From: Lingula anatina
Lineage: Eukaryota > Animalia > Brachiopoda
Direction of reading: 5' to 3'
NCBI GenBank assembly: GCA_051362555.1
Contig: CM120640.1
Location: 744,001 to 808,000 of the forward strand
Length of the DNA: 64,000 nucleotides
Below, one piece after another: positions 11,901 to 24,080 of this stretch; within the stretch, counting starts at the first letter, position 1, and each line of letters begins with the position of its first letter. Under the pieces are notes generated by a model. It saw only the letters and a list, made by a program, of their open reading frames with translations. It ran no database searches and had not been told where the DNA came from. Position numbers and translations under genes: made by a program.

Positions 11901-14635
11901 CGTTGTTTTGTCTTCAGCATTTCCTCTTCCTTGTTTACTGCAATTACTATCGGCAATTAATGAAATCGAGAAAGCAATTAAGTGACGGGACATTGAATAT
12001 AGTCACTACGTGCATTTCGCTGAGTGTTTACAAGATCTAGCGACACATTTTATTGCCAGGCGTTCTAGTTTGAATAATCAGGGGGCGTTTATGCTGAATC
12101 GGGGAATGAAGAGATATGTCCCTAAATGGGGAGATTCTCGAGGAGACCAGTAGTGTTGAAAGGTCTGAATAATTTTGTCTGATAAATGTGGAAACTAGCT
12201 TAGATTATCATACATAGATCGTCAGTGTGTGCAACAACAAGTGACTCAAAAACGGCATAATGTAAGCAAAGAGGCGTGTGTTTGTTTATGGGGGGGGGGG
12301 GGGGGGGGGGCAGCTAGTGGTATTTTGTATGTGTAGTTGGATAAAATAAAATTGTCCAAAATAGCGTACGTACAGGTTTGAGAAGTTGAATATATATGAA
12401 AACATTTTCGACTGATAATAAAAATACATCAGGAAAAAAACGAAATAGAATGTTTAGAAAATTAAACAGTTACTCTGGCAGCTCTCCGTCATTGCTATGA
12501 ATCTGACATAGAATTTAGTCCAAAATATTAGTAAATTCAGATTATTAGCTAAAACGTAAATTGCCCTAATTTGTCAGATAATCAAAAATGCCGGTGATCC
12601 ACGCGGAGGGTACGCTTTCCTGAAGGTAGCGGCGACGAACGGCGACGATATTTTTCTGAACAGTGAACCTTTATTAGCTACGAAAAGCCCCCTTTTTAAC
12701 AGGCGCGTTTTATTAATTACTTCATATCACAAAGTGAATTTATACAGGCAAAATTTTATTCAAGGAAATAGTTTCACGAAATGAACGAGTGTAAAATATA
12801 AGTCGGCACAAATATAAGTCATACAATAATGAGTCATGTTATGGATCATGTTATGGACCATGTCGGATTATAATGGCATACCTTGATGCAAAACAGTCTA
12901 TCGTTTCTTCCACCGCGAGTCCCTTTATTTAATGTAATGTATTACTCATTACCCGTTTCATTTGACACTCTCTCTTTTTATCTCCCTTCCCCTTTCTCTT
13001 GTTAGAAGGAGGGTAAATAATTAAGCACTCAAAATCTGCATCACCAATCTTCAGAAAAAAATAAGTCAACAAACCAGTGGGCTGATCCACAACATCCGAC
13101 ACAGCAGAATAAATCAAATAACAGCTAGCACAAATTTATATGCAGATAGCTTTAGTGTCACTACATACATAATCAGCTGCACGCGCGAAGCTGTTGAACA
13201 AAAGGATAGTTCGCAACGGGAGACCGTTTGTTTACACAAGTAAAGGGGGCGTGGCTACCCAGGCGACCAGGGGATTAGGCTAGTTACTATATGCCGTCAA
13301 CAATCGTTTAGCGACCCTATCATTATACACTCTCTCTATTGTATTTTCCACCGCATTAATCGCAGTGTCATCTTCACATGGTCTACGGGGTAAATGTACA
13401 CATTCTTAATCCTAGTACGGTACTTTGTAGTGTACGCTGATATTCAGTCATGACGAAACTACTTCCTAAAGCTTACAAAACACAATAAAATGTTTCTATG
13501 AACTTTAATATACACATTCCACGCCATATGCAGCAGTGACAAGAGTGACCTTCATGCGGTACAAAACACTCTAAGCAAACTACAGGCCAATTTGTAAAAG
13601 GGGACACCTTCCGGACCTTCATACACACGGCAACTGACAAAACTGATTGACAAAAAGAAAAATTTCAAATTTTCAGCGAGAGATCGTTCGCAATCCGAGA
13701 GAGACCAGGAGGCAATTTTCATATTTGTTAAAGAGACTTCGTAAGCCAAAGGGCGAGACGAGAACGCAATTTTCGTATCGTCAGCGGGAGATCGTTCGCA
13801 ATCCGAGTGAAACGAGAAAGCTCATACTCGTTCAGTGGCTTTCGTTTGCGGAAGATCGTCAGCCGGGGCTCGTTCTCGATTGTTTTTAACCCTCCCTCCC
13901 CATTGGAATTTATAATTTTTTAAAATATTTTTCATTTCATTTGTACATTTCAAGGGACTTCATTAGCGGAAGATCGTCAGCGGGAGATCGTGAACGATCT
14001 GAGCGAGACCAGAAAGCAATAATGGTTATCTTTATTACAGCTCTTAATATTGCTCTTTTGTTCTGTTACTGAAGTCTCTACTGTTAACAATGCTATTGTG
14101 CGCCTCAGCAAAACTACCGATCGTTATCTCACACCGAATACTGCGGTAAAGAAACAACAGCCCGACAGTGCAACTCTTAATATATTCTCCTGTTAACTGA
14201 ATGAATGAATATGACGATGTTGTTTAGCCTCCTAAACTAACTGTACCGATCGTTATCTTGCACCTTGGGCCGCACCCGTAGTACTCAGGTAAAGGTACGC
14301 TAGGGCAACATTGCCGACTGTTAGATTTTTATAAGCGCGAAAATAGCCCGGTGGCCGATTTTAAGGCGTACAAAATTGCTTACTGGCCGAAATTCATGGT
14401 CCAGAAAAAACTCCAGACGGCCGATTTTAAGATCGTTCGAAATTCAAGAGCCGTTCGAAATTCATGGCACTTTACCGTAATTGCCAACTCTCCCTCTACT
14501 GATGCTGCTGAGTGACAGCTTTAATTGTCATCTCCCAAGTCCCAGCCGCTTATCTGATTATCTGCCCGACTGCACACAATCATTGTTCATCTATATGTGG
14601 CACGCTTTCATCGTATTCGTCCTTCAGATAGTATT

Positions 14636-15077
14636 TAAAGCCTAGGTCCCAACTACGTTTTCCACGCACAGTTTTTAGGTTCCTTGCGTCTGGCTAGGAC
14701 GTAGCAAGATCGCACGTAGCGGCTGTTGATCATGTCGAAAAGTTAAGCCTAGGTCCCAACTACGTTTTTGACGCACGGTTTTTTGGTTCCTTGCGTCCGG
14801 CAGGGACGTATGTAGACCACACGTAGCGGCTGTTGATCATGTCGAAAAGTTTCTATGTGCTGTTTGCGTCCTCCAAAAGTCGCACGATGGACGTGCTCCT
14901 CACGCACGAACTCCCACGTTTTCCCCATTTTTTGGCCGTAGACCACACATAGCAGCCCATATGTTCGGTTGGGGCCTAGGCTTTACTTGATTTCCTCCCT
15001 GCGATTTAGCTACGTCCTAGACGGACGCAAGGAACCTAAAAACCGTGCGTCCAAAACGTAATTGGGACCTAGGTTTA
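14636..15077. mobile_element. MITE with ~75-bp TIRs containing a second nested TIR pair (14744-14984)
   Basis: cctaggtcccaactacgtttt... / ...aaaacgtaattgggacctagg; inner gcctaggtcccaac / gttggggcctaggc. Confidence 0.75.
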
Positions 15078-16066
15078 AGATAGCATTTTCTTTTTTCACG
15101 ATGTCTTGGTTCTCAAGGCTCGGTTACAATTTAATGTCACTCCTAAAATTGTTTCAACAGGCGTTTTTGCTGCGCACATAGTTACAGTTTTTTGCTGTAA
15201 ATTGTGTTGTAGATTTTAAAATTCCCATGTGTTGTTGATTCTGAATGTTGAAAATAAAGGAACAATAACCCAAATAAGACGGCATGTTTTACGTTTTTCC
15301 TTGAGGTATCAATTGCAGCTCAAATTATTACATTGGAATGCTCACACTATTATAAATTTTGAACATATAATTGATTGCAGTTTAACCTGGCTTTGCCCTA
15401 ACCTTTAAACCTTTTAGATCACGAAGAACAACAGAGACCGGGTAATCTTTTTTTTCTTTACTTTTAATTATGAAGCGGCGCGGAGTATTCAATTGGAGAT
15501 TAAGACGACCACGATAATATCCATTGACTCGTACGTCAAATTATGGCTGTACCCACGCACCATTTTTCCATTATTTATTCCCACCATCCCTAATCAACGA
15601 TCTCATCTGGTTTCTGACGAATATCGTCATTACAATTTCGTTACAGGAAATATCCTAACGGCAACTGGATTTAACGCTTGTACATATTAGTTTGAAGACC
15701 TTCATTTGAATTAAGCTGTTTTCTTTGGTACCAATGTCTTACTAATGAGGACAACTTAAAAACAGGTCGAAAGCGAGCATATAAAAACTACTTTTGTATT
15801 AAGCCATTAAAATTCACCATAGTTAAGGGCTTTTCTTAATTGAAGGAACTTGCAGGCAACATAATTGTACCATCACAATAATTTATATGTGTCCACACAA
15901 TGATCAAAGACTACAGCATGGTTATATAATGTTTTCATTGAATATGATCGGCTATCATTACCAATAATTATGTTACAATTTTTTTGGTTGAAATTTGCTT
16001 GGTTTGGTGCATGTAAGCTCATTCTGTCACATACGTTACCGATACCGATACGGATGTTTCTTCTGT

Positions 16067-16103
<37 letters not shown>

Positions 16104-18289
16104 GAATTCATATCAGAATATTTTATCTATCGCAATAAGTGATATGTCTGGCATATATAGCATATATTCTGATATAACATTATTCATACAACTTATTTGA
16201 TCCAGATTTAGTTCACGTGTATCTTGATGGAATGATTTAAGCAAGCAGTTTTCTAAGAGCTTTATTTTAAATTGTAAATTTTTAAAGAACTTTATTTTAA
16301 ATTAATGTTTTTACATTCCCGTCCTTCTGCTGAAATGAACAGATTTCTTATTGTTTCATGAATAAAATAATTATAAAAATCCCTTCTCCATACAATGTTC
16401 TTCGTTTGATAATTATCCTTCTGATGAGCCGTAGGGCTTAAAGGTTTAATGAATTGAAATTGAATCCTTGTTGAACAGTGAACGAAAATAAAGGCAGTCT
16501 CAAGAAATATGTTAATGGAGAGATAGGAAGATGGTGATCTTATCGGGACTCTCAATTTACCTGTACGTTGCAGTAATTAAACTGTTAGCTTACATGGCAG
16601 CTCTGATTAAAAGTGTCACCTGAAAATCTTTTGTCCGACTTAAACTTTCAAGATGTGCCAAGTTTGATTTCAATCACGCTCCCTGTGGCAACTGCCGATA
16701 CGAAACCAGCACCTGACAACAGTGAAATTATCATCCCAAGAGGGAATCTAAAGCACAAAGATGTCTGCTTGCCAGCTGTCCAAAGTTGGTAAGATAATAG
16801 TACAGTTTAAAAATATACGAAACCCTACACCCTGGAACTGATCACAGTATTAAGGAATGTGCTTTTGTGCGACTACATGTAGCCCTATTTCTACAATTAT
16901 TATCATCATTGAATAATAAGACTTTGCCCACCACCAAATAACTGAAACATTACAGAAAGAAGGTTCCGTTAAGATGTTATGTCGTTGGTGTGATCTGTAA
17001 GTTTGATGTTCATTACATAGGATTGGACGTTGCTTTACCGGGTAAAAAAACCCACAATACTCTTAAAATTAGACTGCGCTAAATAGGGTATCGACTAGTT
17101 AGCAAACTAAAATCAAGGAGGGAGGGATGTGCTACAGAAACGGCATAATTACGGATTACTATTAGCACCTCTTTACTATCTAGAATTGTACACCATACTG
17201 ACTCTTGTCAAAGCCGACACAGGCTCTAAATATTGTAATACAATAGATGTAGCGTAACCCCCCCCCCCTCACCCCCACGGATAATGACTGGCCTGTAATT
17301 ATGCATTTAACAAAGGTAGTGTTACAGTGATATTCACACCTTAAGCCTCTGGCGATAGTCAAGCAAGCAGAACAAGATATAAAACCTCCTTCACTATAAA
17401 CTGAGTCACACAACAGTGGTCAAATTCCTGCTTAAATCAAGACGGTTACTCCAGCACACTTTCCCGCCATTTTGCATTAATTTGACACATGTAGTTGTAC
17501 GTGTAGTGTATAATATCAACGAAGTGCTGATTCAAGTGATTGGCTTAAAAAACCGGAAGCTAGAGGAAATGAACCAAGCGTTTACCTTGGCACAAATGGC
17601 CTTCGTTAAATTTGTAGGCAGTGAAACTTATTACGAGTTTTCGTGAAACTTATTACGAGTTTTCGCATTTATGTTACTCCGATTGAACAGTATAAGTCGG
17701 ACGTCGGTGAAAAAAAGGAAATTATTTTTGGTTTAAATTTTATTTATTTATTTATTTTTATTACATTTTAAAGTCGGCTCACTGACTCACTTAGTCAAAG
17801 TTATGCCTGGGTTGCATCACAGTTAGCGGGAAACTGGACCTGCAGTATTATAGACCACAATACCGTGACGTATCACCGACTCGTTGACAAAGGTATCATT
17901 TACAAGAAATCAGTAAATCAATGTGAATTACTCTTAAACATCCCATTCTTACCAGGGCAAAGGGTCGCGTCGCAGCGTAACAGAGGACGATTTAATAGCC
18001 CACAATTAAGCGGGATCATATATCACGCCTGTTTTCACACATGATTGTGTTGTCGTAAGGCGAGAAACACCCCGCCGTCACCCTGTTTGCATAAGCCCAC
18101 CCCTTCTTACTCATTGCTGCATGTGTGTAAGATGTACGTAAGATGTGAGTAAGATGTACGTAAGTCGGCATTGTCCTTTAGCCTACGGACTTTCACACAA
18201 TTCTTTTGTCCTCTTAAGGGGCGTACGTAAGATAACTTAATCGTTTTTGAAGTAAGCATATCCGTAATGTCATCTTCTCTGCACAAAAC

Positions 18290-19727
18290 TGTATAAAGCA
18301 TTTTTTGTCAATTTGGAAAAATTTAACATCTGATCCAGCCATTCTGTACTGTGTGACTGGGGCTACTTTGGAGTTTACTGAAACACTTTGTCAGTTTCAA
18401 GAGCCCAGATCTGTAAATTTTGATCAGGCAGAACGAGAGATAATTGATTCAGAAATTATCAAATTGTTACAAAAGGTGTAATTGTACCTTGTGAAGATGA
18501 GTCAGGGCAGTCTATTTCACCAATTTTTATTCGACACAAAAAGGATGGTTCACACAGAATGACTTTAAATTTATAAGAGCTAAACTCTTATATTGAATAT
18601 CATCATTTTAAAATGGACAGTGTTCAAACATGTTTAAGCCTTATAACTCAGATTGAGAATTGTTATATGGCATCATTAGACCTTACAGATGCCTACTATA
18701 TACAGTACCTGTCTCTAAACTACATCAGAAGTATTTGAAATTTAGATGTAATGGGAAATTGTACAAACATGTTTGTTTGCCTAATGGTTTGGCTTCAGCA
18801 CCCAGGATTTTTACAAAACTGTTTAAACCTGTGCTTTCACATTTGCACTGTAAGGGACATGTTTTTTTTTGCATATTTAGATGACCTTTACTTACAGGCT
18901 GATAATTACGAGAGTTGTGAGGATAATGTACAGACTACTGTTCAGTTATTGTCAGACCTTGGTTTTGTGGTTCATGAGGAAAAATCACAATTTTTCCTGT
19001 CCAAAAAATTCATCATCTTGGGTTTACCCTCAATTCACAAGACCTTACAGTGAGCCTTACCTCTGATAGACAAGGAAAATTATCTCATTATTAGGCCAGA
19101 TGATTAAAGATCCGTGCTGCACTATAAGGGAAGGGGCAAAACGTATTGGATCATTACAGCCTGTCACACCAGGAAGGATCACAGAGCACAAAAGCTGCTT
19201 CAGCGTGTAAAGCTTTTGCAGCTAAAGTACCTCTTGCAACAGTGATTAGGACAGCAGGATGGTCAAACAGTAGCACATTTGCTAAGCTTTATAACAGAAG
19301 CACAGGGGATACTTGTGATTTTGGTTCTTCTATTTTACATGACATTAGAAATTAATGTGTTCTTAATGACATTATGACAAGTTGTGTTATTGTGTTGTAG
19401 TCCTTTGTTTAGGACTAATAAAAGTTTAGAGATCTAAATTTGCTTATGTTCGTGTTCATGTCAGATGAGAGTTAAATTTTTTGATTAAACGAGACTTACC
19501 TGTAAGTTTGAATGGAATTAAACTCTCATCTGGATCATTTTAGGGATTATAAGCCCACCCTTGCCAACCAGTTTATGCTGTCTGTTTTGCCATGAACACT
19601 CACCTTCCAAGTTTGAGCTCTACTCATGCGCATGCAGTTCTCATATAATCCCTAAAATGATCCAGATGAGAGTTAAATTCCAATCAAACTTCAACTTACA
19701 GGTAAGTCTCGTTTAATCTTTAAATTT
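18290..19727 (+). mobile_element. Internally deleted, degenerate DIRS-like tyrosine-recombinase retrotransposon
   Basis: RT fragments CLPNGLASAPRIFTK and AYLDD; YR C-terminus VPLATVIRTAGWSNSSTFAKLYNR; inverted terminal blocks ~19480-19552 and ~19645-19720. Confidence 0.85.
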
Positions 19728-19841
19728 TGGGGTAAGAACTGAAACATCAGTTTCTTAAATTTCTCACGATCAGCGTTTCAGTGCCGATATAATGGCACCA
19801 TATAGTATTCCAAACGCTTCCAGTGATTTTTTCCTAAAAGT

Positions 19842-20062
19842 CTTAGACCCCATTTCCATAGATTAGATCGACCTACTTTAGATCGACCTAACTCCCTGGG
19901 GGTTCACGCTAAATAGCTGTCAGCCGGGCGGACACGAAAGTTAATTACCCCCTTAGAGCTTGTAGTAGGCGGGACGGACATTTAAGTCGGATTATCTGAA
20001 AGTAATCTAGTGAGACTCCCCGCGGGGATAGATCGATCTAAAATCTATGGGAACAGAGCCTT
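19842..20062. mobile_element. PIF/Harbinger-like MITE (TTA/TAA flanks)
   Basis: Imperfect TIR ccatttccatagatt / aatctatgggaacag; an inverted copy of the whole element lies at 40986-41202. Confidence 0.7.
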
Positions 20063-20302
20063 AGACTCCGTTCACATGGAAAGTCTAATTTTTAAAAATC
20101 TATTATCTATTCGCGGTATCTTGTAATCACGGTCCCTGTGCCCTGTATGTCCCGAGAATTAATTACAGCTTTGAAAGTAACTGGCTTGCGCCGCCAGTAA
20201 TTACGCTGCGGGATATTCAGGGCACAAGGGCTGTGATTACAAGATACCGCGAATAGAAAATAGATTTTTAGAAAATAGACTTGTCATGTGAACGGGGCCT
20301 TA
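20063..20302. mobile_element. Palindromic PIF/Harbinger-like MITE
   Basis: ~90-bp arms ccgttcacatg...tattcgcggtatcttgtaatcac / gtgattacaagataccgcgaata...catgtgaacgg; TTA flanks. Confidence 0.8.
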
Positions 20303-20321
20303 GTTCAGATCTTATCGTTGA

Positions 20322-20389
20322 TAAGGCCACACTTTTTTTATTTTTATGGATGACATCCTGCGTGCGCACCGATTTTCGTCCGTTCTCCG

Positions 20390-20421
<32 letters not shown>

Positions 20422-21253
20422 CCCCCCAACGAAGTCGGTTGTCACTGCGCATGCGTACTATCGCCACTTGGAAATATAGCCGCTTTGCCGTCAAATTCAT
20501 CTCTAGGATTACTTTCAAATTACAAGACAATGAATTATATAAAGTAATAAAGAGAAGGGGGCCGTCGTTTTGGATTGTTATCCATTGATATTGGGCATGG
20601 AGATATCCACTTTTTTACAATTATGCAAAAGGATGGTGGCGGCCAGCGATTTTCGCCCGGAAAATTTCAGTGACATTCTGTCCAAAGCAGCACATACCAG
20701 GTTTTTTTGTAGCGAAAAAAGGGTCGACAGAGCGTTGAGGTATTTGGTGGGCTGAAGGTCAGTCAGGCCAACCGACAGTTTGGCTGCTTCGTGTGAGTCG
20801 AAGTGGACCAATAGCATATCTATCAGGCCCGTAGCCAGCAATTTCAAAAAGGGGTTCTTTTTCTGAAAAAGTGGACCTATTTCCATAAAAACGTCATGTA
20901 CCTAGATCAAATTTTACCCAGAGTGAAACTTTTTCTAGCAAAAGGGGTGGTTCTTTCGACCCCCGACCCCCCCTCCCTCCCCCCGGCTACGGGCCTGTCT
21001 ATTCATGACTTTTTTACCTTTCTACAAAGTATTCACAATGCTTTAATATTTTGAGAGCATGGATAAAGACATATTGTTAGTTTGATACGTGTTTCTGTGG
21101 TAAATTTGTTTCCAGCTGTGTACTGACAGTATTCCTTTACATAAACAGCATTTTTTTTTTTTTTGGACTGCTTTTTTTTTTTTTCGCCCTCTCGCACCGA
21201 CTTTGGGGTCCCCAGAGGATGTCATCCATAAAAATAAAAAAAGTGTGGCCTAA
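20322..21253. mobile_element. PIF/Harbinger-like MITE
   Basis: TIR ggccacactttttttatttttatggatgacatcct / aggatgtcatccataaaaataaaaaaagtgtggcc; TAA on both sides. Confidence 0.85.
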
Positions 21254-21774
21254 AGTAAATTAATGCCTTTTAAATGAACAACTTAACGACTCTTGAACTC
21301 TGCATAAAATTGTATAAATGCACGTTTCCTTTCAGCGTGGATTATTAAGTATATTAGTCAGTCAATGATAGTGTTAATGAAATTTTCACATCCAACCCTC
21401 CTGACCGCTTCAAGAAAACCCCAACCCTGTCCGTTGTTCAGTCTCCCAGTCTGGACGGAAAACACGTGTAGAAAAGAACGTGTATTCCATTTTTGCGAGT
21501 AAAAAATATTTGGGGTGCTATAAACCTTCATTGTTGAGTAGTAATTTATTTTGGTTCAGGTAACTTCATATTCCTTACCAATAAGCCATGGTTTGAACAC
21601 TTAGACTGGAACTTTTTATTCTATCAATAAGGTAGCTAGGTTGGTCAGCTAATACTCGGCAAACACAGAACATTTCTTAAAACACTGCCCTGATTGACAA
21701 CCTAAGTATTGAGTATATACTTAGATTGTCATAGTTTTAACAAATCATTTAAAAAACCATTTCTCCCTTTTCAG

Positions 21775-21884
21775 ACTACGTATCTTGGCGAAACGAGAAA
21801 AGTGGGACGTGGTTTATTCAATCCATAGTCAAAATATTTACTCTTCATGCACACGAATGTGACATTTTGCATTTGATGCTGATT
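21775..21884 (+). CDS. Caspase exon, p10 substrate-binding region
   Basis: tttcag|DYVSWRNEKSGTWFIQSIVKIFTLHAHECDILHLMLI|gtaagt; phase 1 to 0. Confidence 0.95.
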
Positions 21885-22121
21885 GTAAGTATTGAAACAA
21901 CGTAACATGTAATGTTGAAGTGAAGGCATGCTAATTTTAACAAAATACCGTAAAATTAAAATGTATACTAGTAGCTGCCAGAAAAAGGTTTGCCATAAGC
22001 TTTGTCTTATTGGTCTAATGTTATCAAAAATTATTATGTACAATTGAAAAAAATAACAGAATGACTATTTGAATGTACTTTGACAATCCAAAGCTCTTTA
22101 TTTCATATTTTATTTAACTAG

Positions 22122-22245
22122 GTCAACCAAGAGATATCTCAGATGCAAACTAAAAAGGGCAATGTACAGGCTTCAGTTTTGGATTGCAGCTTACGAAAGA
22201 AATTTTTCTTCAACATAACTCAACGAAGAAGTCTATCTTCTCGAG
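22122..22245 (+). CDS. Caspase exon, end of p10 with open phase-1 donor
   Basis: tag|VNQEISQMQTKKGNVQASVLDCSLRKKFFFNITQRRSLSSR G|gtacat. The 3' boundary is inferred; unspliced read-through would stop at ~22310. Confidence 0.88.
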
Positions 22246-24080
22246 GTACATTTAGTAGATTTCTTAAGCTCCGATGGTGCTTTTGTCGTAAACTTAAAAT
22301 ATACTTCTAAGAAGTATAATACAAAAACATGCATTAATATTTTTATACTTTATAATTATTAAGTGCATTAGTCAGTCAATGATAGTGTTAATGAAATTTT
22401 CACATCCAACTCTCCTGACCGCTTCAAGAAAAATCCAACCCGGTCGTCGTTCAGTCTCCCAGTCTGGCCGGAAAACGTGTAGAAAAGAACGTGTTATTCC
22501 ATTTTTGCAAGTGAAAAATATTTGGGGTGCTATAAACCTTCATTGTTGAGTAGTAATTTATTTTGGTTCAGGTAACTTTACATTCCTTACCAATAAGCCA
22601 TGGTTTGAACATTTAGACTGGAACTTTTTATCCTATCAATAAGGTAGGTTGGTCAGCTAATACTCGGCAAACACAGAACATAATTAAAACACTGCCATAT
22701 GGTTTATATAATTGAGACCGTTATAATATATTTATGTTAACCTTTTAAAACGTTCTGTACCAGTATTTGGTGAGTAGGAGCAGTCAAATTGATGCATCCT
22801 GCCTTGTGAACTTGACCATCAAAAAGAGGAGATCGCCAGTGGCTACTGTTCTGCAAACAAACCATTTCCTTCAATGATGTCAAGAATAAATTACCTTTAT
22901 AAACGGCCGTAGAGACCTTTATATTGGTTCAAAGATGTGGATTGTTTCACATGGAGAAAGATTTATGCTATTTATATGTATGTTCTTACACAGATGTGCG
23001 TGTACATACAGGCCTTACCTCTGTCTGTCATCGCCAACATCGGCTCCGTCGCTGTGCACTTTCACTGTTATAACAAAAAGTGAAATAGCATTTTACAGCA
23101 CGAGAGTCTCATGATATCTGGAAGTGAAGTCAATGGAAAGTTTAGCAGATCTAGAAAACCGTCACTCAGGCGTGGATTTTGATATTTTACCAAAATTGTT
23201 ACAGATTTATGGCAAGTGTCAGGAAATGAAGACTGGTAATGGAGAATGCAATTTACCCCAAGATAATTCATTAAATATGAATTTTTGAGGGAAGTTCCTT
23301 ATTGGGTACCTTTTAATACAGATTACAGAATACACAGGAGCCTCCATAAATCCAAATACACAGGCTTATATCTCGGGCCTTACATGCATGTACATGTTCC
23401 TGACCAATCAGCACTTTCAGACTAGCCAAGGCAGGATATCGGAGGTACCAAGCTTAATAAAGAAATGTCACTAATCACTGAATCACGTTTCCACAATGTA
23501 ATTATTATTTGAAAGAAGATATTTGTGTAGTTTTTACCTTTGATAAATAAAGTTGGATTAGTATACAAATAAATAAGGATTCTAGAACAATTCCCCCCCC
23601 CCCCCCCCCCCCCGCGGACAATTCCCACCCGGACGATTCCCCCCAAGAAATATCTATTTATAAACAAATATAATGAAAAAATCATAAAGTTTAAAACATT
23701 TCATCCATTTTATTAATATTTTTAGTGTGATAATGAAACTTCATCATGAAACAAATTATTTTATAACAAATTCCTTTTTCATTTAGTACTAGTACAGAAA
23801 GTTTTATCAAACATCTAATCAAAGTATAACCATCTATCCTTCATATAAAGGTTGGGTAAACAGGTTAACAGATATTCTATGAATATTTTATTGTGGTGGG
23901 TAGTGGTCAAGCAATTAAAAGTGACAAATAATCAAAGGGATATCTGGATAAGCGAGAAAATCTGTTTACCCCACCTCTCCCTAGAGATGCACCTTGATTC
24001 AACACTAAATCAAGGGGGGGGGGGGGGGGGGGGCGTAATTAAGCAATTTTAATTTAACTTTTAAAAAAGTAACAGTTAAT

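Larger units (their letters stand above)
21341..22697 (+). repeat. ~350-bp direct repeats (21341-21689 and 22356-22697) bracketing the two p10 exons
   Basis: attagtcagtcaatgatagtg...aaaacactgcc occurs twice with few mismatches. Confidence 0.9.

Noticed and set aside
15742-15775. Hammerhead-like motif ctaatga-ggac...gtc-gaaa
   Set aside because: The core CUGAUGA is mutated and I see no convincing stems I/III
16653-16788. Exon-like open segment with AG/GT ends inside the caspase intron
   Set aside because: Would shift the frame within p10 and shows no recognisable homology
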